From Anolis carolinensis (lineage: Eukaryota), in contig NC_085841.1 of assembly GCF_035594765.1 (NCBI RefSeq), forward strand, positions 187,969,574-188,033,573: a DNA stretch of 64,000 nt. The letters run 5' to 3'. The translations under genes were made by a program, and so were the position numbers. The notes beneath the pieces were generated by a model. That model saw nothing but the letters and a program-made list of their open reading frames with translations, had not been told where the DNA came from and did no database searches. How positions within the stretch are numbered: the first letter of the stretch is position 1; each line of letters begins with the position of its first letter. This document shows positions 40,131-52,428 of the stretch, piece by piece.

Positions 40131-40751
40131 GCTAAAAAAGCCAATGGGATTCTGGCCTGCATAAATAGGGGTATAGGGAAGTCCAGGGAAGATCCAGGGA
40201 AGTCATGCTACCCCTCTATTCTGCCTTGGTCAGACCACACCTGGAATCACACTGTGTCCAATTTTGGGCACCACAGTTGAAGGAAGATGTTGACAAGCTG
40301 GAAAGCGTCCAGAGGAGGGCGACTAAAATGATTAAGGGTCTGGAGAACAAGCCCTATGAGGAGCGGCTTAAAGAGCTGGACATGTTTAGCCTGCAGAAGA
40401 GAAGGCTGAGAGGAGACATGGTAGCCATGTACAAATACGTGAAGGGAAGTCATAGGGAGGAGGGAGCAAGCTTGTTTTCTGCTGCCCTGCAGACTAGGAC
40501 GCGGAACAATGGCTTCAAACTACAGGAAAGGAGATTCCACCTGAACATCAGGAAGAACTTCCTCACTGTGAGAGCTGTTCAGCAGTGGAACTCTCAGCCC
40601 AGGGCTGTGGTAGATGCTCCTTCTTTGGAGGCTTTTAAGCAAAGGCTGGATGGCCATCTGTCGGGGGTGCTTTGAATGCGATTTCCTGCTTCTTAGCAGG
40701 GGGTTGGACTAGATGGCTCATGAGGTCTCTTCCAACTCTACGATTCTATGA
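40131..40751 (+). mobile_element. 5'-truncated CR1 LINE (ORF2 C-terminus open 40205-40675)
   Basis: [19 protein letters not shown]...[12 protein letters not shown]...WNS.P; 3' end TTCCAACTCTACGATTCTATG. Confidence 0.96.
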
Positions 40752-41203
40752 CCTCCCTGTTAAAACTTTCCCCAAGCTTTACTAGGGTGAGGCTAGCATT
40801 TCAGAAGGAAGGTTGCAAGAACATAAGCAGGAGTCATGGAGGGGATGGATCAGCTGCCTGAACCATCTCTTTTTAAAATGTGACATATCCTTCTTATTTC
40901 CTTTGAGATTATTGAGACCAGTCAGGCAAATTCCATCTCAGCTCATTTAGCTCTCAGCTTTTGAGCCATCAGGCACTGAACGCAGTCGCAGAAGTGATGT
41001 AACCTACTACATGCAGTGTAGAAGAAAACAAAGGGTCTTGTGCCAGACATATGAGGCATGATAGAAACAGACACCATACTATAGATATTGTAATACATCT
41101 ATCTATCTATTTAGAAAATACCTCGCTGCCTTTACCAAACCACTTTCCAAAGAGTTATAAAATGAAACACGTATTCTAATGGAACTCCGACCAAGATCAC
41201 AAT

Positions 41204-41550
41204 GTGTTGCTGAAGGCTTTCATGGCCAGAATCACTGGGTTGCTGTGAGTTTTCCGGGCTCAGGGGCAGCTCAAGTGGTACGCGAACTACGTCTCTGGAA
41301 AGGAGCCTGGTGCTTTGGGAAGGAAAGAAACACCGCTTATCTCCTCTCCAAAGCGATGGCCCCCTTCCTTGCTGCAAGGGAGGAGGCCGGGGGCTTGATG
41401 AAGAGAGAAGCGGCGAGTGATTGGTTTGGGGAGGGGCGCCAAAAATACTGCTTGCTTACACTTGAAAATTACCTAGGGCCAGCTCTGTCCGGGCTGTATG
41501 GCCATGTTTCAGAAGTTTTCTGGCCATACAGCCCAGAAAACTCACAGCAA
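41204..41550. mobile_element. Short Penelope-derived fold-back insertion split by a hAT element
   Basis: 13-bp TSD CCAAGATCACAAT. Confidence 0.8.
41261..41487. mobile_element. Non-autonomous hAT element, 227 bp
   Basis: Perfect 8-bp TSD TCCGGGCT; CAG...CTG termini. Confidence 0.85.
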
Positions 41551-42192
41551 CCAAGATCACAATATTCTGTGGGGTCATCTTCCAGGCTGTTTTGAGAAAT
41601 GAAAGGATCTTTAAAAAAGAGTTTGGATCATAAATACACATATTTGGATCCCCATCTATGGACTTCTCTGTCTTTCTTGCACAACCTGTCTTTTACATTA
41701 ATACATAGCTAATGATGTTACACAGCTTCCATAAATCACCTTGAATTCCTTTGCAATCCTAGTTGGAATTGGGTCATTTGGATGATGACATGCAGAGTGC
41801 ACAAAATGGATGTCATGTTAATGATGATTAATGGTGGGTGCTCTTGAAAGTTACAAAGATAATATCTGTGATCATCCTGGTAATTAAGTATAGCCATCAT
41901 GAAGATACTATCAACAATGTCTGAATGGCAGTCAGCGTTACCCGTTTTCATCCTGCTCTTCCAAGACCACCTGGGGCACTCCAATTTTTGGGTGTTTTGT
42001 GGAACTGAAATAAAGATGGCTATGATGCACATGTCTTCCATTATATGCTCAAGAATATTAATGGAAGTTGGCTTCATTGTAATACCATGTAAAATGTGCT
42101 TCCACAAAATTACATAATGTATATGAAGTGTCTCTTATTGCTTTCTGGAGTATATTTCTGTGAGCAACAACAAATATGTTTTCTCATTCTAG

Positions 42193-42261
42193 TGGATTTT
42201 CCAGCTTTAGAAAGTGATATCACAATTCATGGGGAAGAATTTGGGGATGACAATGAAGATG
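42193..42261 (+). CDS. NRP2: NRP2a internal cassette exon (orthologue of the mammalian 17-aa insert exon), 69 nt
   Basis: ttttctcattctag acceptor, G|GTGAGT donor, phase 1-1; reads (V)DFPALESDITIHGEEFGDDNED(D), alignable to mammalian VDIPEIHEREGYEDEIDD; lies between the b exon and the a terminal exon as expected. Confidence 0.88.
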
Positions 42262-44870
42262 GTGAGTATGAGATGTGGCTTATACATCAAACACCTTATA
42301 GAAACATAGTGGGTTCTCATATATTCTGTACTCAATTATGACTTAAGTTATTACAGTATTTATTTATTTATTTCCGATATTTCTACCCTGCTCTTCTCCC
42401 CGAGGGGACTCAGGGCGGCTTACACAACTGGCAGGCTCACTACCAGTATCTTCCTCGGGGTTTCACTGTAGTCATGTTACAGATGCTGGCTTATAATCAT
42501 GATGATTCTGTTATTTCCAAGATAAGAGGCAGTATTCTTCTGAACACCAGTTGCTGGAAAGAGTAGCAGGAGATGGCAGTTGTCTCCTGGAAGTGCTGCT
42601 CATAGAATATCAGACTAACTAGAACAGTTTTTGATGTTATCCAACACTGTTGGGAAGTATATACTCATGACATTAGAGATGGCATATTTCTACAGCATTG
42701 GGTCTTCCTCCTCCCATGTTCTATATAGGCAAGGCCTCTAACGTTAATCATTCTATCTGCTTAAATGACAAAGGCAGCACCCTTTCTTAGTTTCATCTTG
42801 CTTCAGGCCTAGCAGGACAGGACTTTATGTGCTCTGGTTGTTTGCCTTTTGTAACTAATTACTGGAATATCTTTGGAAAGACTTATTTTTTTCAGAATAC
42901 CTTTTCTTACCCAAGTCTTTCCACCTAACGGATAGTGACATAATGTGTTATGATGGATCACAAATGCAGTCTCGAACTATCCTCTGCTGAGGATTCAGGG
43001 GTTGATTGGTGATAAATCTTCAGTGGAGACCATTTTTCCCCATGATAACTTTCAGGAGTTTATTTCTCTTCCTAGAGGTAGATTTCCCTCCCTTCCTGTT
43101 GTCTCACCCCAGTTCTTAGCTATGAGTCATTTGTAAGATGGATGTTTTGAACTTGGGGACTGTCTGTATGCTCAAAGAGCAGACTCTACCCTCTGTGGGT
43201 GAGACCCCGCTGTTGTTTGAGTCATGGAGGCAGCCATCAGGTGTGTCTTTGTTGTCAGAAACAGGGCTAAGCATGTGGTAGGCCTGGAGAACAAAGCTTT
43301 GGCCACAAGGATGAGTGAGACAGATCTTCTTGTTTTTCTCTAACCCCATCTTACTGAGGAACAGTCCTTTCCCCTGGCATTGTATCACTGGATTTCTTTA
43401 ATTAGGTGACAAACAGTGAACATCTGGAAGTTGGGGAGAGTGATGGAAGCAGATGGAGGTCCAAAGGTTACCCAAGATGGCAGATGACCTGAAAGGTGCC
43501 ATATATATTGCCATGAAAAACAGCACAGGCTGGGTAGAGAGCTTTCTGATGGCCACAGGCCTTCTAGTGGCTGGAAACTTGTGCAGCAGACCAGAAAGCA
43601 TCTGTCTTCAGAATCCTCTCACTCTTCTCAGGATTTGAGGAAGAATGCAAAGAAGAGGCACCTGCTGAGGTTTCTCACCCTTGTAAAGTTAAAAGGAAAA
43701 CCAAGCGTGTCTCTACTGTTACTTCTGTTGTAGACACTGAGACTTCAGCTTCTCTAGAGATGTCAGATAGGATGGAAAATTATCCTGACATGAATAGGAT
43801 TCTTTTCATGAGCATGTTTCTATGCATTTATTTGAAACAGAGCATTTTCTTTTCTTCTAAAGGAGGTACAAAAGATCTTAGGGTTGGCTTCTACCACTCT
43901 GGTGTCTGTTACGGTTTTTGAAGGGTTCCAGAAATCAAGGCTAAGGTTAAACAGGAACAATCTATTTCACCTTTTCCTGAAGTGATTACAAAGGTTATGG
44001 AAGGAGAGTGGTCCTATCCTGGAGGGGCTAGTATTTCCAGCTTATGTTAGACTCTAACCCCTCAGCTGATGGAAAATTTGAAAGTACACCTTACTGCAAG
44101 AGCTTTGCCTTCCCCAGTTCTTCTAATATTTGATAGCTTTAGTATACTCGGAAATTGAAGTTTTGTCTCTTTTATAGGAAGTCCATACTTTTTGTGCATT
44201 CTCTTTTTTTAATTTATTTTGGCTAAATTAGTTTGGGGTCTTTTTTTCTGAAAGATAGTGACAATACTCCTAAAATCCAGAGGATGAAAAGGCTTGAGGC
44301 TTTTTTTTTTTTGCATGCATGCATGCATGTTATTGTGCTACTGTTCATGCAATCAGAGTTGCTTTGGTGACCTACTTGCTTGCAAGAGCTATTATGAGAT
44401 GGGCTAAAGATATACTTCTCCTGATACTTAGGGAGGCGATTCGCCTACACTGGTCTCCTGAGGAAAGGGTTACCTTGAGAACCTATCCTAGATTCCCTGT
44501 CCTTGGGAGGCAGAGACATGGAAAGATCCTCCGCCCTGTTGCCACTCACCTCCTGAGGGTGGAGATGCTTTGTAAAAGCTCACATGGCAGCCCTATCCTT
44601 TCATTGGAGCTGGCACTGCCTGTCCTCCTGAGAGTGAGAGATAGGCAGGGTGGCCCTGGTCCTTCTCACAAATATTTAAAACTGCAATGAATAAGACTTT
44701 CAGTTTGGAGCTCAGCCCTTTCATCCCAAAGATCAGTGTTCAGGCAGAAAGAGTTTACATCTTTTCAATCGAATTCTGGTTCTTCCAAGCCACAGTCTCG
44801 GAAGCAACAGTCTTCAGAACTCATAAAGGTGGTATTGCTTCCTAGCAAGAACAAGACAGTTGTTCTCACT

Positions 44871-45357
44871 TGGAGGGAGGGAGGGAGGGAGGGAGGAAAA
44901 TAAATCAGAAAAAGAGAGGGAAGGAAGAAAAGAAGGAAGAAGGAAAGGTAGGTAGGAAAAAGAGAAGAAAGAAAAAAGAGAGGAAGAAAGGGTTAACAAG
45001 GTAGATCAGAAAAAGAGGGAAGGAAGAAGTGGGAGAAAGAAAGGAAGGAAGAAGAGGAAGGTAGATTGTTAGACAAGTAAGTAGGTAGGAAAACGAGTGG
45101 GAAGAAAGGAGGGAGGAAGAAGAGGAAAGAAAGGTAGAAAAAAAGGTGAAGGGAAGGAAGGTAGGCAGGAAATTGAGAGGGAAGGGAGGAAAAAGAACGA
45201 AGGAAGAAAGAAAAGTAGGAGAAAAAATGATAAGTAGGAAAAATGGAGGGAAGGAAGCAGGGAGGAAGAAAGGGAGGGAGGGAGGGAGGGAGGGAGGGAG
45301 GGAGGAAGGAAGGAAGGAAGGAAGGAAGGAAGGAAGGAAGGAAGGAGGGAAGGAAAC
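44871..45357. repeat. Polypurine low-complexity tract with (GGGA)n/(GGAA)n
   Basis: Direct reading. Confidence 0.95.
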
Positions 45358-45706
45358 CCCTTCCTCTTCTTCTGCTGGCCTTTTCACATTTGCTCAGTGT
45401 CTTTCTGTCAAAATTCTTTCCAGTTTCACCAGTAATTATGGATAGTTTCATTCCAACACAACAGAGGCTGTCAAATGATAATTTCTTCAGAATTTAGATC
45501 CGTCTTTTGTACTTAATGTGAACTCAGTTTGCATCTCAGGCACTTGTTCTGCCTTCTTTTTGTCCAGATCTTAGAGCACCAGAGAAAAAAGGGTGGCAAA
45601 GACTGGATGTGTGTAGGGCTCTTAAATGTAGCTTAGATAGAACTAAAGCGTTTCAGAGATACAATCATCTTTTTTGTCTCCATACTGGTTCCTGAAGGAA
45701 TTCAGG

Positions 45707-45709
<3 letters not shown>

Positions 45710-45737
<28 letters not shown>

Positions 45738-45943
45738 CTTACGGTATTTATATTCCGCCCTTCTCACCCCAAAGGGGACTCAGGGCGGATCACATTACAC
45801 ATATAAGGCAAACATTCAATACCTTAACATAGAACAAAGACAAGACAAACACGGGGCTCCGAGCTGGCCTCGAACTCATGACCTCTTGGTCAGAGTGATT
45901 TGTTGCAGCTGGTTGCTCAATAGCCTGCGCCACAGCCCAGCCA
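45710..45943 (-). mobile_element. tRNA-derived SINE with L2-type tail and (AAAT)n
   Basis: Minus-strand A/B boxes (TGGCGCAGGCT, GAGTTCGAGGCC); TSD CAGGTTA. Confidence 0.82.
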
Positions 45944-47629
45944 CAGGTTAATTCAGCATGGAATGCTGCCACTTCCACGGCATGGAATATGGTGGTGTCC
46001 TTGGTAGAATTACTAAATTGATATATTTGCTTCTGCAGATGCGTCTTTTCGTAGATGTATCTTGCAATAAGTAGTAATGGTGTAGTGATGTATTTCTTGC
46101 TCTATGGGCAAAGAGACTTCTTGTGTAGGTCGCGACACATAGATTGCCTCCCCACAATACAGGAAAACAGTATTGGTACATACTGTGAAGGTTCCTTTTT
46201 TGCAGTTGTGGGGAGGGAATCCTTCTCATCCTGACTGATTATGATTTTCATTTTGGTACTCCTGGGTATATGTTTACTTTTTCTTGTTTGTCCAGAGCTG
46301 TGTTATTTCATCATTGAGAAAAGGGGCTGGCTCTCCCAGTTAGAGTAGAAATAATAATTGTTATTAAACAAAGTCATGCCTATGAGGCGCATGGGAGGAC
46401 AAGGCAGTATGAGTTCCTTCCCCACAACTGAAGTAAGTTAGTAATGTTTTGATCATACCGTTAGTAAACCACAATTGTCCAAGTGACAAAAGAAGAAACA
46501 CGAAGTCATGTCTGTCCTACTAAAATATGTGAGAAGTTATGTATCTAGAGCTGTTCAGAGCATAGTGAGTTAATATTGGATGTACATTTTCTCCAAAGCT
46601 TTAATACAATTTTATGTGGTAAGAAAACTAGCAGGCATTTCATGCAAAACATTACTTTTTAAACTGTTGCTGAACTTACATATTCTTTCGTCTTCTGTTG
46701 ATATTTCAGTCAGCACTTCAGAATTAATGTCCTTCAGATGTGCCAGATCAAGAGGAATAGAAATTTAAATTCTTAGCTGGAGCATAAATTGGAGGCAAAT
46801 TAGGCATGGAAATTTGGCAACTCAAGATACTGTTTGCTTCATTGTAGGGGGCTATCTTACAGTCTTTGACTCTTTTATACTAAAGCAGAACCACAGAGAA
46901 ATTATTTGAGAAAAGCAGAAAGAAAATCTTACAGAGAGAGAATTTCAAGATTTAGGTGACATTGTCTAGATTCATGCCTCCAAGCAAAGGAGAGTAGTTG
47001 AATATGGGGATTGCATTACTCCCTCTGGGAGATGAGATGCCCTACGTATTATCCTATTCAGTTGCACCCATTAAGACCCAAAGTTAACACTGGTCATAGC
47101 TACATACTCCAAGTAGAAAATGTACATCATCCATTGCTTAATGGACAGGTGATTGTAGTACTGTAACTACACACAAATGCATTTCACAGATGTCAACTGT
47201 AGAATTTTGTGGAGCTTATAGTCAGCTTCCATTAATGTTATATCAAACCCACAATAATTTCCAGTGTATTTCTCCACCCCCCCCCCCCCACAAAAAATTA
47301 TTCCCACCCCTTTGGAATTATATTTATGAATCTTAGCCTGTATTTTTATACAATTTAAGTTGTTTATTGATTGACTCGTATGCTGCCTTTTTCACATAGT
47401 ATAACCATAGTAAGCTAATATCCCAAATGGATACCAGGAAATCACAAGCAGCCCTTGGCCAGACCTTGTACTCAACAGGACGAACCAATGGTTAAGCTAT
47501 TTGGCCAGAAATGGAAAAGAAAAGCACATGATCATATATTTTGGCAAATGGTAGATTTGCATGAAGCCCAAAGGAGTGGATCAATGACAAATCTCCCTCC
47601 AGAGAGATGGAGGCGGCATAGAAATATAA

Positions 47630-47632
<3 letters not shown>

Positions 47633-47660
<28 letters not shown>

Positions 47661-47682
47661 CTAGTAGTAGTAGTAGTTGTTG

Positions 47683-47722
<40 letters not shown>
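47633..47722. repeat. Compound (TAG)n(TTG)n(TTA)n microsatellite
   Basis: Direct reading. Confidence 0.95.
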
Positions 47723-47723
<1 letters not shown>

Positions 47724-47794
47724 AGTTAGGATCCCAAATAGGCACAAACTGATATGATGACACTGAGGTTGACTAAGAACCAGTGTATTCTAGA

Positions 47795-48614
47795 CAGGGC
47801 CGGCCCCACTAATGAGGCACCTGACACCGCCGCCTCGGGCGCAGGCCCGGGGGGGCGCCGTCAGGCTGGGCGGGAGGCGGGGCACCGCCCTGACGGTGCC
47901 CCGCCTCCCGCCCAGTGCGCCCTGGCCCGTCTGGTCTTTTCTAGTAGGCCAGACTTCAGCGGAGGTCCATGCAGGCCGCAATCGCGGCCTGCAGGGACCT
48001 CCGCTGCAGTCTGGCCTGCTAGAAAAGGCCAGACGGGCGAGTGGGAGTAGAGTGGGAGGCGGAGCCAGCTCTGACGCCGCCCCCCCCCGCCCAGCGTGCC
48101 CTGGCCCCGCCTCCCACGTTGCGTGGGAGGCAGGGCCAAGGCACGCTGGGCGGGGGGGGGGGGGAGCGGCGTCAGAGCTGGCCCCGCCTCCCACGCTACT
48201 CCCGCTCGCCCGTCTGGCCGTTTCTAGCAGGCCAGACTTCAGCGGAGGTCCCTCCAGGCCGCAATCGCGGCCTGGAGGGACCTCCGCTGAAGTCTGGCCT
48301 GCTAGAAACGGCCAGACAGGCGAGCGGGAGTAGCGTGGGAGGCGGGGCCAGCTCTGGCCCCGCCCCCCGCCCAGCGTGCCCTGGCCCCGCCTCCCACGCT
48401 GCGTGGGAGGCGGGGCCAGGGCACGCTGGGCGGGGGGCGGGGGCAACTCTGGCCCCGCCCCCCTCACTATTCGCCCTGGCCCCGCCTCCCACGCAGCGTG
48501 GGAGGCGGGGCCAGGGCACGCTGGGCGGGGCCAGGGCGCGGGAGGCGGGGCCGGTGGCGGGGGCGCTTTTCAGCGCCCCCGCTTCACACCAAAAAATATC
48601 TCCGGCCGGCCCTG
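47795..48614. mobile_element. GC-rich non-autonomous hAT element, 820 bp
   Basis: TIR CAGGGCCGGCC; perfect 8-bp TSD ATTCTAGA. Confidence 0.92.
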
Positions 48615-48623
48615 ATTCTAGAT

Positions 48624-48754
48624 CAGTGGTTCTCAACCTGTGGATCCCCAGGTGTTTTGGCCTACAACTTTCAGAAATCCCAGTTTATCAGCTGTTAGGA
48701 TTTCTGGGAGTTAAAAGCCAAAGTATCTGGGGATCCACAGGCTGAGAACCACTA
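48624..48754. mobile_element. hAT-type palindromic MITE
   Basis: Same family as 3293. Confidence 0.88.
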
Positions 48755-48774
48755 TTCTACTAGTTAGAGAGTTA

Positions 48775-48898
48775 GGCTGGATCTACGCTGCCCTGTCTCC
48801 CAGGTTATCTGCTTATCCCAGATTATTTGGAAGTGTAAACTCATATAATCCAGTTCAAAGCAGATAGATCCTGGGATATAGGCAGTGTAGATCCAGCC
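48775..48898. mobile_element. PIF/Harbinger-type MITE
   Basis: TIR GGCTGGATCTAC, TTA TSD. Confidence 0.85.
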
Positions 48899-49329
48899 TT
48901 ACATTCAGATTAAGGAAATCATCAGTCTTATCTCTTCATCAGAGGTAGAGAGTTGGGCTCCATTTTTGTTTGATTGGGAAATCTCTCTGAGAAATCACCA
49001 GAGTTTTGCATTTTTTGTCAAGGCTTCTATGTTTTTAACAGTTGCATGACAAGGACACATTCTGCAGCCAGTGAAGCTTTCCTCATCACTGTATCCATGT
49101 GCTAGTAAAACCTCACCTGTAACTCTGTACATGACTTCTCTGCAATGAGGGCAGGTTATATGCATACCAATGTTGCAGAAGGACTAGATTTCTGCTCTAT
49201 GTACGTCTGCTATTTCCAGAAGCCTCTTGCATGATGGGCACCTTGCATGCCCTGAGCCAGATCTAAGGTAGATAAGACACTAGTGGGGAACACTTCTTTT
49301 TCTAACCATCTCCTTCAATTCTCTTTCAG

Positions 49330-49634
49330 ACTACTTGGGCCTGTCGAGAAACAATACATTGTTTTCAACCAACTCCCCACTAACCCCAAAAGTGGACAAG
49401 GAGAAGAGCTGGCTGTACACCCTGGACCCTATCCTGGTCACCATCATAACTATGAGTTCCCTGGGGGTTCTCCTCGGGGCCATTTGTGCCGGCCTCTTGC
49501 TGTACTGTACCTGCTCCTATGCTGGCCTGTCCTCTCGGAGCTCCACTACCCTGGAGAATTACAATTTTGAGCTTTATGACGGCATCAAACACAAGGTCAA
49601 AATGAACCACCAAAAGTGTTGCTCTGAGGCATGA
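49330..49634 (+). CDS. NRP2: Neuropilin-2 isoform a terminal coding exon (TM helix, cytoplasmic tail, SEA PDZ ligand)
   Basis: ttctctttcag acceptor; (D)YLGLSRNNTLFSTNSPLTPKVDKEKSWLYTLDPILVTIITMSSLGVLLGAICAGLLLYCTCSYAGLSSRSSTTLENYNFELYDGIKHKVKMNHQKCCSEA*. Confidence 0.98.
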
Positions 49635-52288
49635 CTGATTGCACCAGAATCGCATTTGACATTTCATTCCAGCAAGAGTGGCTGGTGAAGATTACTTTTT
49701 ATATGGGAACTGAATGCCATAATCTTACACAAGCCGGGGCTGGAATACTGAAGTGGGGAGGGGTCCCTGCCAGGCCTCTTTATTGCAAATGAAGAAGACG
49801 ATGACAAAGAAGAAGAAGCCAGGCATAAGTTCTGAGCTGCAAAAACTATGGCTAATTGTTTTCATGGGAGGAACTGGGTCGAGCAAAGCAAATGGGGGCT
49901 GCAATGCTTTACTTTTTATGTCTTATATGAGCCGATCTGATCCAGAAGAGTCCAAGCGTTTGGCTTGCATTCAAGAAGTGGGGAACAAAATGTTGATCAT
50001 TATTTTCCACTTCCTTTCTCCGAAGGGATGGGAGAGAACTCCAGAGAGCTTCTCTCACTTGCACCTCCATTCTGGTGGCCCTTCTATCTTTAGAAATTAC
50101 ACATCTTCACACACATACAGAGCCCATCCAACCGACTGCCATTCAGAAAAGCTCCTTGATTTTTAAGGGATTTGTTCTTTGCTGTAGGTTATATAAGTCT
50201 GAGAAGCAGCGACTTCTAGGACCCAAGTGAAAGAGTGTTGTTGCCTTTTCCTTTTCTGATCTGGAAGGGTCGAGCGAGGGGGGGAGGTTATTAAGCTTAT
50301 AGGTCAATGGGAGCAGCAGCGCTTTCTTTCCAGATTACAAAGCAAAGGAGAAAAGGCAGCCTGAGGTGTGAGAGTCGACAGAAGCACCTCCTCGAGAGAA
50401 GCTGAAGAGCCTTAAAGTGATTTGTGAATAAGAGCCATTTATTAAATCCAGATCTTGGATTGAAACAGCAGAGGCCTTTATCACCAGGGCTCTTTCTTTT
50501 ACTTTTCTTTCAGTCCCTTTATAAAAAAATCCCTCTACAATCCTTTTTATTATAGGAAAATTGCAGCAAACAAAAGACACAATTATAAGATGCCCAAGAA
50601 CTCAGGAGATGGCTTTTTGTATGCTTCAAGAGAAAGACAGGCTGCTATATATAAATATATTTTTGTTAATGCTGTGGCCACTCTCGCTCTGATGGAGAAG
50701 AATAGAATCAAGAGGAGGGAGTAGAATGAACATAGTGATCCAGCCCACTGCAGACTCTTCTCGTGGGCAGGACTGGATTTCTTCATTAGCTGATGCTAAG
50801 GGCTGAACTCCGCAAAGGGTTATTGACATTGCGTGGCCTTTGAACAAATTGTATGACATCCTATGGCCTAGACCCGATAGCCGATGAAAGCATAACTTCT
50901 TTGCAGAGTCAGGTTCTTAGATGGGACTCAACAAATCCAAACCCAACAATAACAATATTATGGCAACATTGCAGGGTATCAAATCTTAGCTGATATTCTA
51001 GTGTAGAGATCGAATAAAAGGTCTGGAACAGTCTGTTGTCAACTTCTTATCCCTTCCGAACAAGTTGCTTCATTGTGATTTGAAAAGCAACTTGTTCATT
51101 ACTGAAGGGTTTGTTTGTGTATGTGTGTGTATGCGTGTATTTTTTTCTTTGATCAAGTGCCTTAGAAAAATATTTTTCCCCTTTACATAGAGACTTGTGA
51201 TGTATAAACCTACAAGGGAGGCATTCACCCTTTCCCCTATTCTTCTTCTTTTCGTCATCATCATCATCGTGTTCTTCATATTATCTTTATCATCATTGGA
51301 TCTCTACTGGGTAGAGTTTTGGCCTTTCCAGTGGTCAGATATATTTCTAATGCTGTCACTTGTACTGCTGTGCCATGCTTGAAGTGTGTTGCAGACCAGT
51401 AAAAGAAACGTTTACAAATGCCAAGTTTTGACCTCCAATGCCTTTTATTCCAGCTCTTGGCAATCTTCAAGCCACTTGCTTAGGAGAACTCAGAGTGACT
51501 GCTTTGTAGGGGCAGTCTTCAGACTAAGCAGAAGGGATTTTCAGTGAAATTTCAACTATTTATGGTCATTTGAGGAGTGACACCTAACAGCCTTGTAGTA
51601 AACATTTTGCTGGTATACTTTTGTCACATTCACATCATCTCATGTCTTGTGATGTTCCATTGGCATAAGTATTGATATGCTCTCTGCTAGATGTATATGT
51701 CAAATAAATGAGCATGCCTTGGGGCTACTTTACATATTACCCATTCTAGAAGTGCACTTCAAAATTCTAATATGTGAGCATAACAGACATATCTTGATGG
51801 ACATGTGATATACTTGTATGCATGTCTATGGACAGAGGATTTGCTGTGGCCCCTTATCAAGTGTACACTGGCTAGTAATGTGTAAATGGTCATATGTAAT
51901 GTGTTGCCCCCGAGCAGGTTTGTTTGCATGCTTTCCATGCCAGCCATCCCTCTCTTTTGGCATGTGCATTGCACCTCGCCATGTATTAAGCATTTATTTC
52001 CAGTAGTATGCCACAATCCAACACAGAGTTAGCCGAAACACTTAGGTGCCCACTGATATCAAAATACTTAACTCTGTGATGAATCATGGCCTTAACACAG
52101 TGTACAGGTTTTCACACTGTACTCGGTGTGACCCTGGGATTCCTGAGAACAGATAAGGAGTTTGGGATTAACATCCGTAAGCATGATAGACCAACTGTCT
52201 TATGGAATACATGCCTCAAACAAATTGAGAATATGCTCTACGTATAGAAAAATGCAGAGCATATTCTGAAAAACTACTGGCTATATTG

Positions 52289-52423
52289 CAGTGGTTCTCA
52301 ACCTGTGGGTCCCTAGGTGTTTTGGCCTACAACTCTCAGAAATCCCAGCCAATTTACTATCTATTAAGATTTCTGGAAGTTGAAGGCCAAAAACATCTGG
52401 CGACCCCAGGTTGAGAACCACTG
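52289..52423. mobile_element. hAT-type palindromic MITE in the NRP2a 3'UTR
   Basis: TSD CTATA(T/C)TG. Confidence 0.9.
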
Positions 52424-52428
52424 CTATA

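Larger units (their letters stand above)
42690..46435 (+). mobile_element. Decayed DIRS1-like tyrosine-recombinase retrotransposon
   Basis: YR remnants LVLPSFCPDLRAPEKKGWQRLDVCRALKCSLDRTKAFQR (45543-45659) and IDIFASADASFRRCIL (~46017-46064); gag-like AIRVA...ARAIMRW (~44350); inverted termini 42703-31 vs ~46376-46408; ICR-like complementarity 46203-21 vs 46411-30. Confidence 0.75.

Noticed and set aside
40205-40675. Host gene from the 156-aa ORF
   Set aside because: It is the CR1 ORF2 C-terminus with a CR1 3' tail
44814-45497. ORFs of 84-160 aa
   Set aside because: Translations of the polypurine microsatellite
47754-48745. Long ORFs on both strands (up to 234 aa)
   Set aside because: By-product of GC-rich palindromic hAT sequence lacking stops
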